Source: Octopus bimaculoides (lineage: Eukaryota). From it: DNA of 64,000 bases. This document shows positions 23,634 through 37,859 of the stretch, in pieces. The notes beneath the pieces were generated by a model. The model saw nothing but the letters and a program-made list of their open reading frames with translations, did not search any database and had not been told where the DNA came from. The stretch spans positions 63,495,816-63,559,815 of the forward strand of contig NC_068981.1 in the NCBI RefSeq assembly GCF_001194135.2. Reading direction: 5' to 3'. The position numbers were made by a program, and so were the translations under genes. Positions within the stretch are counted from its first letter, which is position 1; each line of letters begins with the position of its first letter.

Positions 23634-23729
23634 TCGGGACTGCTGTTAATGATACAGACCTCTGCAATTGCCAGACAAAGAAGCGCCAGGGTTGCGGAAC
23701 GAACTGTGATAATCACAGATCACCCTCAC
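23634..23729 (+). CDS. Candidate 96-nt phase 1-1 exon D (xGTAVNDTDLCNCQTKKRQGCGTNCDNHRSPS)
   Basis: Acceptor tactgtttgacAG and donor GTAATG at 23730. Open in phase 1. If the donor is skipped the frame ends at a TAA shortly downstream. Confidence 0.5.
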
Positions 23730-25689
23730 GTAATGTTGGCAGCAAACGGCACCATAAGTCCATCAAGGACTCATTCTAAACAGTATATTTTATGCAATAA
23801 TCACCTATTGAGAAGAAGGTGGTAAGATCAAGAAATTCTTCCTCTGCTAGCGCCACCTGTCTGTCTCAGTTAATACGCCAAGCCGGCTAAACCGGTAGGC
23901 AAAACTTCAAACCATCCATCTATACATCCATACTTCCTTTATCTTGNNNNNNNNNNNNNNNNNNNNNNNNNNNNNNNNNNNNNNNNNNNNNNNNNNNNNN
24001 NNNNNNNNNNNNNNNNNNNNNNNNNNNNNNNNNNNNNNNNNNNNNNNNNNNNNNNNNNNNNNNNNNNNNNNNNNNNNNNNNNNNNNNNNNNNNNNNNNNN
24101 NNNNNNNNNNNNNNNNNNNNNNNNNNNNNNNNNNNNNNNNNNNNNNNNNNNNNNNNNNNNNNNNNNNNNNNNNNNNNNNNNNNNNNNNNNNNNNNNNNNN
24201 NNNNNNNNNNNNNNNNNNNNNNNNNNNNNNNNNNNNNNNNNNNNNNNNNNNNNNNNNNNNNNNNNNNNNNNNNNNNNNNNNNNNNNNNNNNNNNNNNNNN
24301 NNNNNNNNNNNNNNNNNNNNNNNNNNNNNNNNNNNNNNNNNNNNNNNNNNNNNNNNNNNNNNNNNNNNNNNNNNNNNNNNNNNNNNNNNNNNNNNNNNNN
24401 NNNNNNNNNNNNNNNNNNNNNNNNNNNNNNNNNNNNNNNNNNNNNNNNNNNNNNNNNNNNNNNNNNNNNNNNNNNNNNNNNNNNNNNNNNNNNNNNNNNN
24501 NNNNNNNNNNNNNNNNNNNNNNNNNNNNNNNNNNNNNNNNNNNNNNNNNNNNNNCATCCGTGCATTCACCCAGTTAACCACCTTCTCCCCCCTCCTGTCA
24601 TTCACTGTATGGGACACAAACTGATAAATCCTTTTGTTCTCTAGCTTTCGTCTTATAACAACCACTCACTCTTCTTTTTCCTTCCCTCTTCTTCTTTGTC
24701 TCCCCAACCACCTTTACCAACGCCTCTGCTAACGCCCCGGATCTGGTCGCTTCTGATGAGGTCGACAAAGGTCACACGGCGTGCGTGTTCCTTTATCGGC
24801 TATTAGCAATCGCGTGAATGTTATCTGTCGTTAAGTTGAAGGAATATCTAATGCTAGTAGGATGCTAGTTGCTTATCAATAAACTACCTCCTCAGTGTTA
24901 GGTAGGAAAAACTACCTCTGGCTCCAACAAGTCAGAAAAAGAAGAAAGGAAGAAAGAAGAGAAAGAAAGAAACAAAGGAGGAAGTGAGAAAGCTTACCTG
25001 ACAGAGGCAATGGCGTGTTTTCCAGATTGAATCAGAGACATTAAAACAGAGCGGGGACGGAAAATTACATTCTTGGAAAAAATTGAAAGCGTGTTGTAGG
25101 ATTAATTACTTGTATGTTATTATGATCTCTACGTATGCATCTCTGTATGTATGTATGTATGTATGTATGTATGTATGTATGTATGTATGTATGTATGTAT
25201 CTATCTATCTATCTATGTATGTATGTATGTATGTATGTATGTATGTATGTATCTCTCTATCTATGCATGCATGCATGCATGTATGTATGAATGCCTACAT
25301 ACATTTAGGTATGTATGTGTTTGCATATATGTGCGTACGTATTTATGCATGCATGCATGTATACGTGCATGTTTATCTCTACTCTTGGGAATATGTAGCA
25401 GTCTTTTTCTCAAGGTTGTTTTCTAATAAGCACAAATTTTACCATGGAGATTTTCATTTTCTTAACATTACGTGTCTCCACTTCTGGGTGTGTTTATTGA
25501 AGCTGTTTCTTATGAAGGAGAAAAAAATTGATAAATTTTGTATGTTAGGGGGATTTCTTTAAAAGTTATTCCTGGTATATTACCCAGGTAAATTGTACAA
25601 CTGTACAGTTTTGGAGTGTCTTTTATTTTGACTGATCTGAAATCCAAGTTAATACCAACATAAAATTTAGGATATTCTCTTATTCTCTG

Positions 25690-26020
25690 ACTTGTTTCAG
25701 TCATTTGATTGCGACCATGCTGGAGCACCGCCTTTAGTCGAATCAAATCAACTCCAGGACTTATTTTTGTAAGCCTAGTACTTATTTTATCGGGCTCTTT
25801 TGCCAAACTGCTAAGTTACGGGGACCTAAACACACCAACATCAGTTGTCAAGCGATGTTGGAGCTACAAACACAAACATATACACACACACATACATACA
25901 TATATATAGATATATACGATGGGTTTCTTTCAGTTTCCGTCTACCAAATCCACTCTCAAGGCTTTGGTCGGCCCGAGGCTATAGTAGAAGACACTTGCCC
26001 AAGGTGCCACGCAGTGGGAC
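25690..26020 (-). mobile_element. SINE-B lacking its extreme 5' end
   Basis: Tail cttgtttcagtcatttgattgcgaccatgctggagcaccgcc through CORE-like gaagacacttgcccaaggtgccacgcagtgggac. Confidence 0.9.
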
Positions 26021-27307
26021 AGTTTTAGACTACATCAGTCTAAGAAATAATTTGAATAGAATCTGATTACTTCTCTGTCCACATAGTTGTAATTGCTATT
26101 TTAAAACCCAGCTCAGCCCTGACCCAACATGATGAAGTATGATTCCAACCGTAACCATCCTGTCTTTTTTTTTTTTTTGCTGACATAGTATACCTAGGAA
26201 AGGTGGCGAATTGGGATGTCGGGTAGATTGCCTTATGATATTTCATTTTATTACACCGGGATGAAGTTTGTTTTTCAGCTTTTAGGGTTCGATAAGTAAA
26301 GTAGCGATCTAACTTAGTACTACATTGTCCAATTTGTCCTTCCTTTTCTTAAGACGGTAGGGCGTGATACTTGATATTCTGTTGATTGTTATTTCTAGCA
26401 GGCAAAACGATCTTGGCTGCAAACAGTAACTGTGTCAACAAAACAGTAATACAACTTTACTTTAATGCTGCAGGCTCAAGACGACGGGAAAGCGGCAGAG
26501 CAGTAATTTTTGTTATCCCCGCCCCCCGAAACTTCAGTATGGTCAAAAAATATATCAAGCAACGGGTTTTGAGGTGTGGAGACGTGACACAACATGAATT
26601 TTCCGTTAGTGATTTACGCGTGAGAACTTGGTTGAGTGGCAGAAAATGATGAGTGAATAGATACATAATTTCGAAGAAAGAGTCATTTGACATTTACGGA
26701 TTTGCAAATAAACGAAAACTTAATGGTTGAAATGGCTAGACAGCGTCACACCCACCTAACAAAAAAGTGGAGTAAGTTGCATTGTGTTTGGGGTTAAGTG
26801 AATAAAGAGGGGAATTTATTAGGTAGGAGGAAAAATGAGGGTAATTAATTGGACATAAGATCTTGAGGAAGTCTTGTCATTATTTTTTAAACCTTAGTCG
26901 ATCTTGATGGAGAAAATCCTTGACAAAAAGCATTCCAGCCATTAGCATCATTCTTTATATTCCAGAAATTATGTTTCAAGGATTACATTATACTAGTAAC
27001 ATTTTGCTTTTAAAATGACAGTGTGTGATTTGATGGAGACTTAGGGTCTATTTTTGATAGGTTGAGCGATAGGTTCATCGGCTTTTCGTGTGACAGATAG
27101 AGGAATATGAAAAAAATATTTCTTTGTTTTCTTTTCAGATATGCAAATTAGTCAAAATCTTATTGTAGCATTTCACATATACTCTATATCTATTGACAGT
27201 CTGCTTCTGTATATTGTGCTTCATCAGTACAGAACAATAAAGTAATAGACAATCAATTAATTGTTTATATTCATGTAAGATGTTAAAATTTTCATTCAAG
27301 GAGAAGG

Positions 27308-27339
<32 letters not shown>

Positions 27340-27461
27340 GGAGAGAGAGGGGGAATTATGGTAAACGAGAGAAAAAATAACAAGGTAGATATAGAGAAAT
27401 AGAAATAACTTTTGAACTGAACTTGTTTGATATTCATTTTATTCATGGCAAAGGTAGTTAA

Positions 27462-27508
<47 letters not shown>

Positions 27509-27603
27509 NNNNNNNNNNNNNNNNNNNNNNNNNNNNNNNNNNNNNNNNNNNNNNNNNNNNNNNNNNNNNNNNNNNNNNNNNNNNNNNNNNNNNNNNNNNN
27601 NNN

Positions 27604-27679
<76 letters not shown>

Positions 27680-28464
27680 ATATATATATATGTATATATA
27701 TATATACATATATATATAGATATATATTAAAAGACATTTCAACCACCATAACAGAAATCAGAAACCGAAGATGGCGACCAACCAGAATCGTTGGAGCGTC
27801 GTAAATAATACTTAGCAGTATTCGTTCCCGCTCTTTATGAGCTAATGTCAAACCCGACCGAGGTCTACTTTGCCTTTTTATCCCCCATAGTTCGGGAAAA
27901 CAAAGTACAAGGCAAGTACTAGTGCCTTTGATACCGACAAGCCTTCCCCTTTCAAAATTCTTCGATTTGTTTCTAAACTAGAAACAATAATTGCAATATC
28001 ATTATGCAGCTAATTAGCAGAAAAACAAGACCGTTAGAAAAAAAAAAGAGTATGGGTACGCATGCACACGCACACGCGCGCGCACACCTACACACACACA
28101 CACACATATATACATATATATACTGAGAAAGAGAGAGAGAGAAAGAGAGAGAAAGTGGATTCTCACATCGATTTCGGTGAAAGAGCATCCAACAGTCAAC
28201 CCTTATACTACTCTCGCAGATAATTTGTTTTCAGTGGTAAAGGTTTGTGTAGGACCATCCACAACTTTTCGAAATGTTCATAGAAGAATGTTGATGCTAC
28301 ATTCTCATGCTTTTCTATTAGAACGCTTCATCTCCTAGGTTAGTAGCATCTCCACGGCCTAGAATCCAGCCAAGTCAGGTAGGCTAAAAGCGCACCTGGG
28401 CAACAAGCCAGAAATGTTTATGTTCTTGTACATACATACATACATACATACATACATACATACA

Positions 28465-28495
<31 letters not shown>

Positions 28496-28576
28496 GATTT
28501 CCCTGTGGCAGATATTATTATTATCATCATCATCCTTAATATAATTATTATCATCATCATCATCATCATCATCATT

Positions 28577-28659
<83 letters not shown>

Positions 28660-28689
28660 TATTATTAATAATAATAATATTCTTATTAA

Positions 28690-28844
28690 GAATCGTTAGC
28701 ACACTGGACGAAATGCTTAAATTCCGTCGAGGTCGACTTTCATCCTCTCGGGGTCGATAAATTAAGTACCAGTGAAACACTGGAGTTCTTCTAATCGACT
28801 TCCTCACCATCCAAATTTCAGGCCTTGTGCCTAGAGTAGAAAGG

Positions 28845-28918
<74 letters not shown>

Positions 28919-29135
28919 GGTGGTAAGCTGGTCGAATCGTTAGCACGCTGGGCAAAATGCTTAGCAGTATTTCATCCGTCTTTACTTTCCGAGTTCAAAT
29001 TCTGCTGAGATCGACTTTGCCTTTCATCCTTTCGGGGTCGATAAAATAAGTACCAGTTACGTACCGGGATCTATGCGGTCGACTTATCTCCCCCACCAAA
29101 GTTTCAGGCCTTATGCTTTTAGTAGAAAAGATTAT
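28690..29135 (+). mobile_element. Two SINE-A copies chained through (ATT)n tracts
   Basis: Copies at about 28690-28845 and 28917-29135. Each starts and ends in (ATT)n. Confidence 0.85.
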
Positions 29136-29137
29136 TA

Positions 29138-29201
<64 letters not shown>

Positions 29202-31544
29202 CATCATCATCCTCATTATTTTAATTTTGTTAAATTTTTATTGACCAACCCGCATCAAAAAGACAAAATTAGGGAAAAAAAGAAAAAGAAAAAGAAAAAT
29301 TCAAGAATNNNNNNNNNNNNNNNNNNNNNNNNNNNNNNNNNNNNNNNNNNNNNNNNNNNNNNNNNNNNNNNNNNNNNNNNNNNNNNNNNNNNNNNNNNNN
29401 NNNNNNNNNNNNNNNNNNNNNNNNNNNNNNNNNNNNNNNNNNNNNNNNNNNNNNNNNNNNNNNNNNNNNNNNNNNNNNNNNNNNNNNNNNNNNNNNNNNN
29501 NNNNNNNNNNNNNNNNNNNNNNNNNNNNNNNNNNNNNNNNNNNNNNNNNNNNNNNNNNNNNNNNNNNNNNNNNNNNNNNNNNNNNNNNNNNNNNNNNNNN
29601 NNNNNNNNNNNNNNNNNNNNNNNNNNNNNNNNNNNNNNNNNNNNNNNNNNNNNNNNNNNNNNNNNNNAGGAGGAAAAAAAAGAAAAGGAAAAAGAAAAGG
29701 GAAAACTATATATATATATGTGTTCTGCCGTAATTATTATTTTGGAAGTCGACGGCATCTGTGAGCATTCATATTGCAGGTCTCGGTTTCTCTCTCATTT
29801 ATATTCATTCAAGCGCAATTTCGCAATGTTACAGCCAGCCTGCTATTTAGCTTCATTTCGTCCATTCATTTTTCCATCACACCTCCTTAAACAGCGGGTT
29901 TATAAAATATTGCATTAGACCCGTTCTTATCCATCACCTCCTTCCTCCTCCTCCCCGAGGCTCTCTGTTTAACTTTTTATTTATTATTTATTTATTTATT
30001 CATTCATTCATTCGTTCGTTTTATTAATATAAGGTAGTTGTTTAGCCTCCAAATCATCACTGTTTTCGAGCAGATCTATGACCACACATGACCACACCGT
30101 TTTCTTCGCTTGAGAGTTAATGAACATCATCCAATATGTTCTTTGATTCTTAGACAACAGTGCGACGTTTGGGAAATATTTTTCTGCTATTTGTACCGGT
30201 CGTGTGACTACATAGAGGTCTTCTCCTTGGTAGCTACAGTTATTGGTACTATTGTTGTTGCTGTTAATTTAGTCCGTGTCCGGCTCTGACTAAACAGCCC
30301 TATATCTCGTAGGTTGTCGACCGAACGACCAGGTATGCCCCACAATCCCATCTTTGCGACTTTATAATGTCTCTGTGTAATCGAGGGATACAGTGCACAT
30401 TTCGACATGCAAATATGAATCGATTATGGTACAGTGTGAGAGTGGCAATCTTGAGGTAGAGTACTCCCGGAATTGCTCAATCTATTTTGCACGATAGCAT
30501 ATTCTGGTGCTGGTTAAAACGAGGGCAAGAAAAATGGACTCGGTCACAGAGCAACAGTTGCTGTTTCTCTGCACTTATTGTTGATAATGCGCATCCCAGC
30601 AGAGTATTTGGGGCCAGCGAAGCTATTCATGTGTCAGGTATTTCCGTATTTATGTAACCATAATGCTTGTTTCGGCTGACTAGAAGAGCTAGTGGTTTAG
30701 AGTGTTGTAGTAATGTTTGAGGGGTTAGATGTGATTATTCATGTACTTGGGAGTGACTGTTCAGTTTGCAAAGTGCTGTGCAAGAGGTGTAAGTTGAAAT
30801 TAAACTGTGCACTTCGTATATCCAGGTGTTTTTATTTCGTTATTATTATGTTTTTTTCCCTAATATTGGTGATCTGTGGAAGTTGTCTCTATTTAATATA
30901 TACATTACACTGTGTAATACGGTTTTTGTCCTTGTGTAGCAACTGCTGTTTCTAATTTGCCTCTTGCGAGCAGGTATGAAGAAATGGCTAATATTTCCTT
31001 CAAACTTGGCTTTCTTTACATTTATTCAAACCCTAAAGAATCCCGCTCAACACATGGCTATGGTGCTCTCCCCACTGCACCTGCTCGTCATCAGAGATGC
31101 ACATATTGTCAACCACTAAGGGGCATGTTCAAGTGGTTAAGGTCAAGTAACTGACAAGCAAATCTGAGGTATTGAGCAGAATATCGATATTTCTGCTTTA
31201 GCAACTCTGTCTAAAATGTAATGAAAATTAGGTCAGTTTCAAAACATTGATGTCCAGGTTATAAAAGCAAAGTTTGAAGGGAATAGTAGTCATTTCCATT
31301 GATTTCTAGAGAGAAGCAAATAAGAAATAACACTTACTGAGCAAAGACAAAAAAAAAAAAAAATTTTGTTACACAGTTTTATTGGTTCATCTAAATATGA
31401 CATTTAGTCACTAACAGTATACAACGATTCAAAATGTTCCAGATGTTATATAATAGTCCATCGCATCTATATTTGTCTATAGCGCTAGTTTTTGTCTTTA
31501 ACAACGGTATATGGGTTTTTGTGAAATCATATGCGAATGTTATG

Positions 31545-31948
31545 GTTGGCACTCCGTCGGTTACGACGACGAGGGTTCCAGTTGATCCGATCAACGGAAC
31601 AGCCTGCTCGTGAAATTAACGTGCAAGTGGCTGAGCACTCCACAGATACGTGTACCCTTAACGTAGTTCTCGGGGGAGATACAGTGTGACACAGAGTGTG
31701 ACAAGGCTGGCCCTTTGAAATACAGGCACAGAAACAGGAAGAAAGAGTGAGAGAAAGTTGTGGTGAAAGAATACAGCAGGGTTCGCCACCACTCCCTACC
31801 GGAGCCTCGTGGAGCTTTAGGTGTTTTCGCTCAATAAACACTGGGAATCGAAACCGCGATCCTACGACCGCGAGTCCGCTGCCCTAACCACTGGGCCATT
31901 GCGCCTCCACAGTCCGCTGCCCTAACCGCTGGGCCATTGCGCCTCCAC
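31545..31948 (-). mobile_element. SINE-C with tail type 1 and a duplicated 5' end
   Basis: Same head and central domain as the copy at 20629, but the tail is cctgtatttcaaagggccagcc...gcacgttaatttcacgagcagg...gacggagtgccaac. The first 38 nt are tandemly duplicated (31873-31910 and 31911-31948). Confidence 0.9.
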
Positions 31949-32444
31949 GACACAAATGTTAAACTTTTGTTTTAAAGAGCCTTCGAAGCTGCTGTAGACT
32001 TCTCGAGATTTTATTCTTTCTGCTAGATTAAAAAGATCTATTTTGAGTGGCTGGGGTTCTTTCCTTTTTTCTGTATACTTGCTTTCGTACGTTACACTCA
32101 CACGTTTTGCGCTGTATTTTCGTATTTTTCAAAAGCAAACCTACACCAGTATTTTCCTTCTCTTTCTCTCATTTTCGTCTCTTTCATTTTCTTTCTCTAA
32201 TTGGTAAAAAAAAAATCACTTCATCATTCTCTTCATCCCCAGCATGTCTTCCCTTATATTGTACACAATGATTGTATTTTCAAAACAACAAGATCCTTTC
32301 TTTGCTCTTAACTAATTTCACTCAGAAACTTTGGGTCAAACCGGTGTTATGCAAAAGACATTTATCCAAGATGCCGCACGACGGAATTTGGCTTAGGACC
32401 TTGTGATTGCAATGCAAACTTCCTAACCATTCCATCATGCTACG

Positions 32445-32528
<84 letters not shown>

Positions 32529-32536
32529 GCACACAC

Positions 32537-32570
<34 letters not shown>

Positions 32571-33099
32571 TTCCAGCACCCAAATCTATTACACTTTAGC
32601 TTACTTCTTCATTATTTATGTTAATCTCCCTGTCTTATCCACATCATCCCGCCCTTCATTGAAAGATAGTTGCTTGCATTCTCTTCCCGACTCTGCAATG
32701 CTTCCCACTAAGACAACAGTCTTAGATGGCAGTTTCTATGGTGATACATACACACTTCGTACTATGCAATTATGCTTACCTGATTGTTTCTTGGAAATCT
32801 TTGTGAGTTCGGTTAACAAACTGTAGGATTAAGTATGACTCGTATTTCTCTCTTCCACGCATTCTCACCTCTACTCTTATTTCTGAGGTCATCGTCGTCG
32901 TCGTCGTTATCATCATCATCATCATCATCATCATTATCACTATCACTTTAATCCCTTTCCTCCTAAACATAAACATCTTCACCCGCTCCTCCTCTTCCTG
33001 CTTCCCTTTCCTCCTTCCCACCTCCTCCCTCCCTCCCCTCTTTCCTCCTCTCTCCTTTCCCCCTCTCTCCTTTCCTTCCACCTCTCTCCTCTCCTTCTT

Positions 33100-33360
33100 C
33101 CTTTGGGTGTCTTCTACCAAAGCATCGGGCCGACCAAAGCCTTGTGAATGGATTTGGTAGACGGAAACTAAAAAAGAAAGAAAAACTTGTATATGTGTGT
33201 GCGGTTGGTTGGGCGGGTAGTGGTGTCTGTGTTTGTCCGGTGTTAGTGTGTTTACACTCCTCTCACTTAGCGATTCGGAATAAAAGACTGACAGAATAAG
33301 GACCAAACTGAAAAAAGTATTGAGGTCGATTCGTTCGACTAAAATTCCTTCAACTGAATC
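33100..33360 (+). mobile_element. SINE-B, 5'-truncated
   Basis: tgtcttctaccaaagcatcgggccgaccaaagccttgtgaatggatttggtagacggaaac...gaggtcgattcgttcgactaaaattcctt. Confidence 0.8.
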
Positions 33361-33472
33361 GGGTAAAAAGGGTAAAAAAGGTAAAAAGAAAAAAGACACG
33401 TCTATAAGACATGCTTTCTCAAGACCAATACTGCAGATTAGAAGGCTTTCAACAGTATATATATATATATTT

Positions 33473-33770
33473 TTTTATTTATGTGTCCTTTTAAAGCCTA
33501 GCCAGATTCATGGGACCGGTTTCCCGGTTTCGATGGTGCATGTGTTCCCCCCAGCTGGACGGGACGCCAGTCCATCGCAGCTGTACTCAAGAAACAGGAA
33601 GAAGGAGTGAGAGAAAGTTGGGGCGAAAGAGTACAACAGGGTTCGCCACCACCCCCTGCTAGAGCCTCGTGGAGCTTTAGGTGTTTTCGCTCAATAAATA
33701 CACACAATGCCCGGTGTGGGAATCGAAACCGCGATCATCGGACCGCGAGTCCGCTCCCCTAACCACTGGG
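33473..33770 (-). mobile_element. SINE-C with tail type 2 (5' end runs into a gap)
   Basis: Reverse complement of the 20629-20945 layout. Confidence 0.9.
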
Positions 33771-34586
33771 NNNNNNNNNNNNNNNNNNNNNNNNNNNNNN
33801 NNNNNNNNNNNNNNNNNNNNNNNNNNNNNNNNNNNNNNNNNNNNNNNNNNNNNNNNNNNNNNNNNNNNNNNNNNNNNNNNNNNNNNNNNNNNNNNNNNNN
33901 NNNNNNNNNNNNNNNNNNNNNNNNNNNNNNNNNNNNNNNNNNNNNNNNNNNNNNNNNNNNNNNNNNNNNNNNNNNNNNNNNNNNNNNNNNNNNNNNNNNN
34001 NNNNNNNNNNNNNNNNNNNNNNNNNNNNNGAGGCTGCCAGGGAAAATGTTGGACGATCAACACAAAAGAATGAAGAGATACAGCATAGTGAGGACCCGAG
34101 GTATGGCATCCACCTCTGACATACGAAAAAGATTGGTGCAAAGTTTTTTCCGACAGCATCTGTACAATTGCACCAGAAGTACTCGGCTGAAGTAAAACTA
34201 CAATAGATTGAACACAAACACTACACAGGCAAGATACAACGAAACAAGGATACACAATACGGCCTTACAGCCCTGTGAAAAGAAACATGTTTCTGCTACG
34301 GCAACTAAACTTTATATTCCCAGACACATATAATCACTTCCCATCAAATATCTAGATAAACATCAAAAAAACCTAAAACACTTCATTAATACCATGCTAA
34401 GATGAGTCATTCCAATAAATCCAAGTATTCTGTTGGAAAATGAATAGAAATAAGATAAAATTAGCATCGTTAAACTTTACCAGCCATACCAAATATGCTT
34501 AGATGTACTTAAGTCCTTCGCTGCCTATGGCGTGTTCGACGACTGTTCTTCACTCCACTGTTCTTGACTCTGGGCTGTTCTTGACT

Positions 34587-34692
<106 letters not shown>

Positions 34693-35959
34693 CACCACCA
34701 CCACCACCACCACCAACACCACCACTACTACTACTACTACTACTAGCATCGTTACTATCACAGCCAAATTCATCACAAGCTCTACCATTGTAACTAAACC
34801 AAAGTTAACCACTTCGTCGTTCTATTACTGAACACAACCACAGCTATAATATCCATCATCTTCATCATCATCCTCACCAGGATCCTCCTCCTTATCATAA
34901 GACCATCGCCATCATCCCCAATAACCACGACCGTCCCTAGTACAACCATCTTCCCTGCAATTTCGCTACAATGCCAATAACGAACTCCACCACCACTACC
35001 ATCGTAACAACGTCCACCACTACCACTACCACCACCACCACCACCACTATCACCATCACCATCATCATCATCATCATCATCATCACTACCGAAACAATGA
35101 TAGCAATAACTTCATCACCAATTTCACCACAATAATCATCACCATGGGCACCATCACCGCCGCCACCTTCCTCGCCAACTACAGCACGGCTACAATGCCA
35201 CGGACCCTACTATCACCACTACCACCACCACAACAACAAAAACNNNNNNNNNNNNNNNNNNNNNNNNNNNNNNNNNNNNNNNNNNNNNNNNNNNNNNNNN
35301 NNNNNNNNNNNNNNNNNNNNNNNNNNNNNNNNNNNNNNNNNNNNNNNNNNNNNNNNNNNNNNNNNNNNNNNNNNNNNNNNNNNNNNNNNNNNNNNNNNNN
35401 NNNNNNNNNNNNNNNNNNNNNNNNNNNNNNNNNNNNNNNNNNNNNNNNNNNNNNNNNNNNNNNNNNNNNNNNNNNNNNNNNNNNNNNNNNNNNNNNNNNN
35501 NNNNNNNNNNNNNNNNNNNNNNNNNNNNNNNNNNNNNNNNNNNNNNNNNNNNNNNNNNNNNNNNNNNNNNNNNNNNNNNNNNNNNNNNNNNNNNNNNNNN
35601 NNNNNNNNNNNNNNNNNNNNNCCACCAACAACAACAACACCACTACCACCACTACCATCATCACCACCACCACCACCACAACAACAACACCAAATCAACA
35701 ATGAGCCTCACCACCACCACCATCATAAGCACCTCCCCTCTTTCACCACCATCACCATCATCATCACCAGCATCACAGCAACCACCTCAGGAACACCAAC
35801 CACCAAAATTACTACTGCAAACCTTACCACCACCACCACAACCTTCACTACAACCTTCATTAGCAGCAGCAGCAGCACCACCACTACTATCACCACCACC
35901 ACCAACAACAACGAAACCATCGCCATCGCCGCCACCAATCACCTTTTGTTCCTGTACAG

Positions 35960-36039
35960 CGTTCATGAAAATGGTGGACCAGCGGAAGAGCGGAGATAGT
36001 TGCTGTGTTGCTGTGATGTCATCAGATACTGTGGTATAA
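35960..36039 (+). CDS. Candidate terminal coding exon E (xFMKMVDQRKSGDSCCVAVMSSDTVV-stop)
   Basis: Strong acceptor ccttttgttcctgtacAG at 35958-35959. The phase-1 frame ends at TAA 36037-36039 and the C-terminus matches the class I PDZ-binding motif T-x-V. Confidence 0.55.
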
Positions 36040-36665
36040 ACAGCAGATGCGGTGGATGAGAGGATTATAGTATTGAAGTGTAATTAATTGTCAGTTAGAA
36101 GTGAGAAGCATATAATTACGTATAAACGTTTGTGTGGGTGTTTTTAGGTGACTCTGCAATTGGCTGTATGTACGTACGCACCTACGTATACGTATGTATG
36201 TGTATATTATGAGTTTGTGTGTGTGTGTGTGCGTGTGTGTGTGTGTATGTGTGTGTATGTATATATGTATGTATATATGTATGTGTGTACGCATAAGTAT
36301 GTATGTTTGTATGTGTGTATTTATGTATGTACATATGTCTGTATGTACGTATGTATGTGTGTATGTATGTATTTTTGCATATTTGTATGTATATTTGTGC
36401 GTATGGAAGTGAGTATATGTGTATGTAGGTTTATTTTTATGTAATATATATGTATATGTATGTATGTATGTATGTATGTATGCATGTATGCGGTTGTATG
36501 TATGAATGTTTGTACGTATTTATGTATGCTTCTATATTTGTATGTTTGTGCATATGTGCGAATCTATCTGTGATTATGCGCGTATGTTCATAAATATCTA
36601 TATGTATGCATATATGTGTGCATATGCGATTGCTTGCTTGTATGTATAAATGTATATTTATGTAT

Positions 36666-36699
<34 letters not shown>

Positions 36700-36829
36700 N
36701 NNNNNNNNNATATTTATATTTACATATACTCTTTTATTATTCTTTTATTCTTTCATGCGTTTCAGATATGCGTCTACGGTCATGCTGGAGCACCACCGTA
36801 GGTTTCCTGACGTGGGTGTGTAATCAGTC

Positions 36830-36972
36830 AGTTTGTGCCAGCCACGAGGCCAGACATCCCTGAAAGTTTTGTCCGAATCCATCCAGCAGTTCTTGAGATA
36901 TTTTGTCCACGGACAAACAAACAAACACGACTGAAAACAATACCTCCGCCTTAGCGAAGGCGGAGGTAATAA
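36830..36972 (-). mobile_element. HINE/DINE-1-like (Helentron-associated) element end
   Basis: Perfect 12-bp stem with 4-nt loop (tacctccgcctt-agcg-aaggcggaggta, 36941-36968). On the minus strand it is followed by gttttcagtcgt(gttt)n gtccgt..atatctcaagaactgctggatggatt, the hairpin-plus-tetranucleotide-microsatellite layout known for HINEs. Confidence 0.55.
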
Positions 36973-37859
36973 GTAGAAGAATACAAATATATAAAAAAAA
37001 AAAAGTCAAGGGAGGTAACTGCAATGCAATTCCGTCACACGATCCAGTCAATGGGCGTATATTTTCGACGAATTTCCTAGTGACCGAGAAAAACATCCAC
37101 GTGCTAGTGATCGCCACGTGTATGATTAATTTATCTTGTGATAACTTTGTTGGCCACCAGTTATTAAACTTAATTCATCATCGAAACCTATGGAGAGGCT
37201 GAATATAATGACTGATGACAAAGTTCCAATTTACCCATTCATTTAACAAGCATTTTATTTTTCATTTGTAATTTTGTTTCTCGCTACTCCCATTCTATTT
37301 GAATAGTAACCACAGAAAACATCTCCGTCTGAATGTACGTTCTCTCCTATTTTTAGCTATTTGAAGTCTCTCTGCTGGGTGGGAGCAGATTTCTAGCAAA
37401 GATTCAAAACTCCAATCGTATATATATATGCTCCATCGCCGAAATTTTAGACTTTTACTCATTCTCACCGCAAGCCTACTTATTCATTCTACTACTCAGT
37501 TAAGCATGTAAATTAAGCATAAGATTAACTTTTAATTTTTTGTAATTATCTTCCCTTTTTTGTGAGAGAGAGTCTCTAACGATTATCAGCAGATTTTAGC
37601 TTTTCTTCCCTTATATTTAAGGTCATAGTAATGTCAGTTGTTAGCAGTGTGGGTGTGGTTATGGTTGAAGTGATAGTACTGCTGTTGGTGTTGTGATGGT
37701 AGTGGTAGTGGTGATAATGATGGTTATGGTTACCGAGTGGAAATTTCAAAGAATTGGAAAAATCTTTTGCACAAGGCTTCATCACATCTACATTCAATTT
37801 ATCATTCCATTTTCAGCGGCTTCACCATCGTTACTTTGTACATTAAATCATTATGTATG

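Noticed and set aside
23660-23720. CNC-x7-CGTNCDNHR resembling an AWS motif; also HWIGD in exon B resembling the start of a Vps10p domain
   Set aside because: No SET or Vps10p sequence follows in the spliced frame. The motifs are too short to name a family.
24753-24760. CTGATGAG (also CTGAAGA near 63880 and CTGATGA near 54728)
   Set aside because: No stem II followed by GAAA. Chance heptamers.
24998-25071. Possible minus-strand exon with a CAG|GTAAG donor
   Set aside because: 74 nt, no recognisable peptide, and no compatible partner exons found on that strand.
30480-30645. Unique island with a CAG|GTATTT donor
   Set aside because: No credible phase-1 acceptor gives a frame-preserving exon, and the peptides are unrecognisable.
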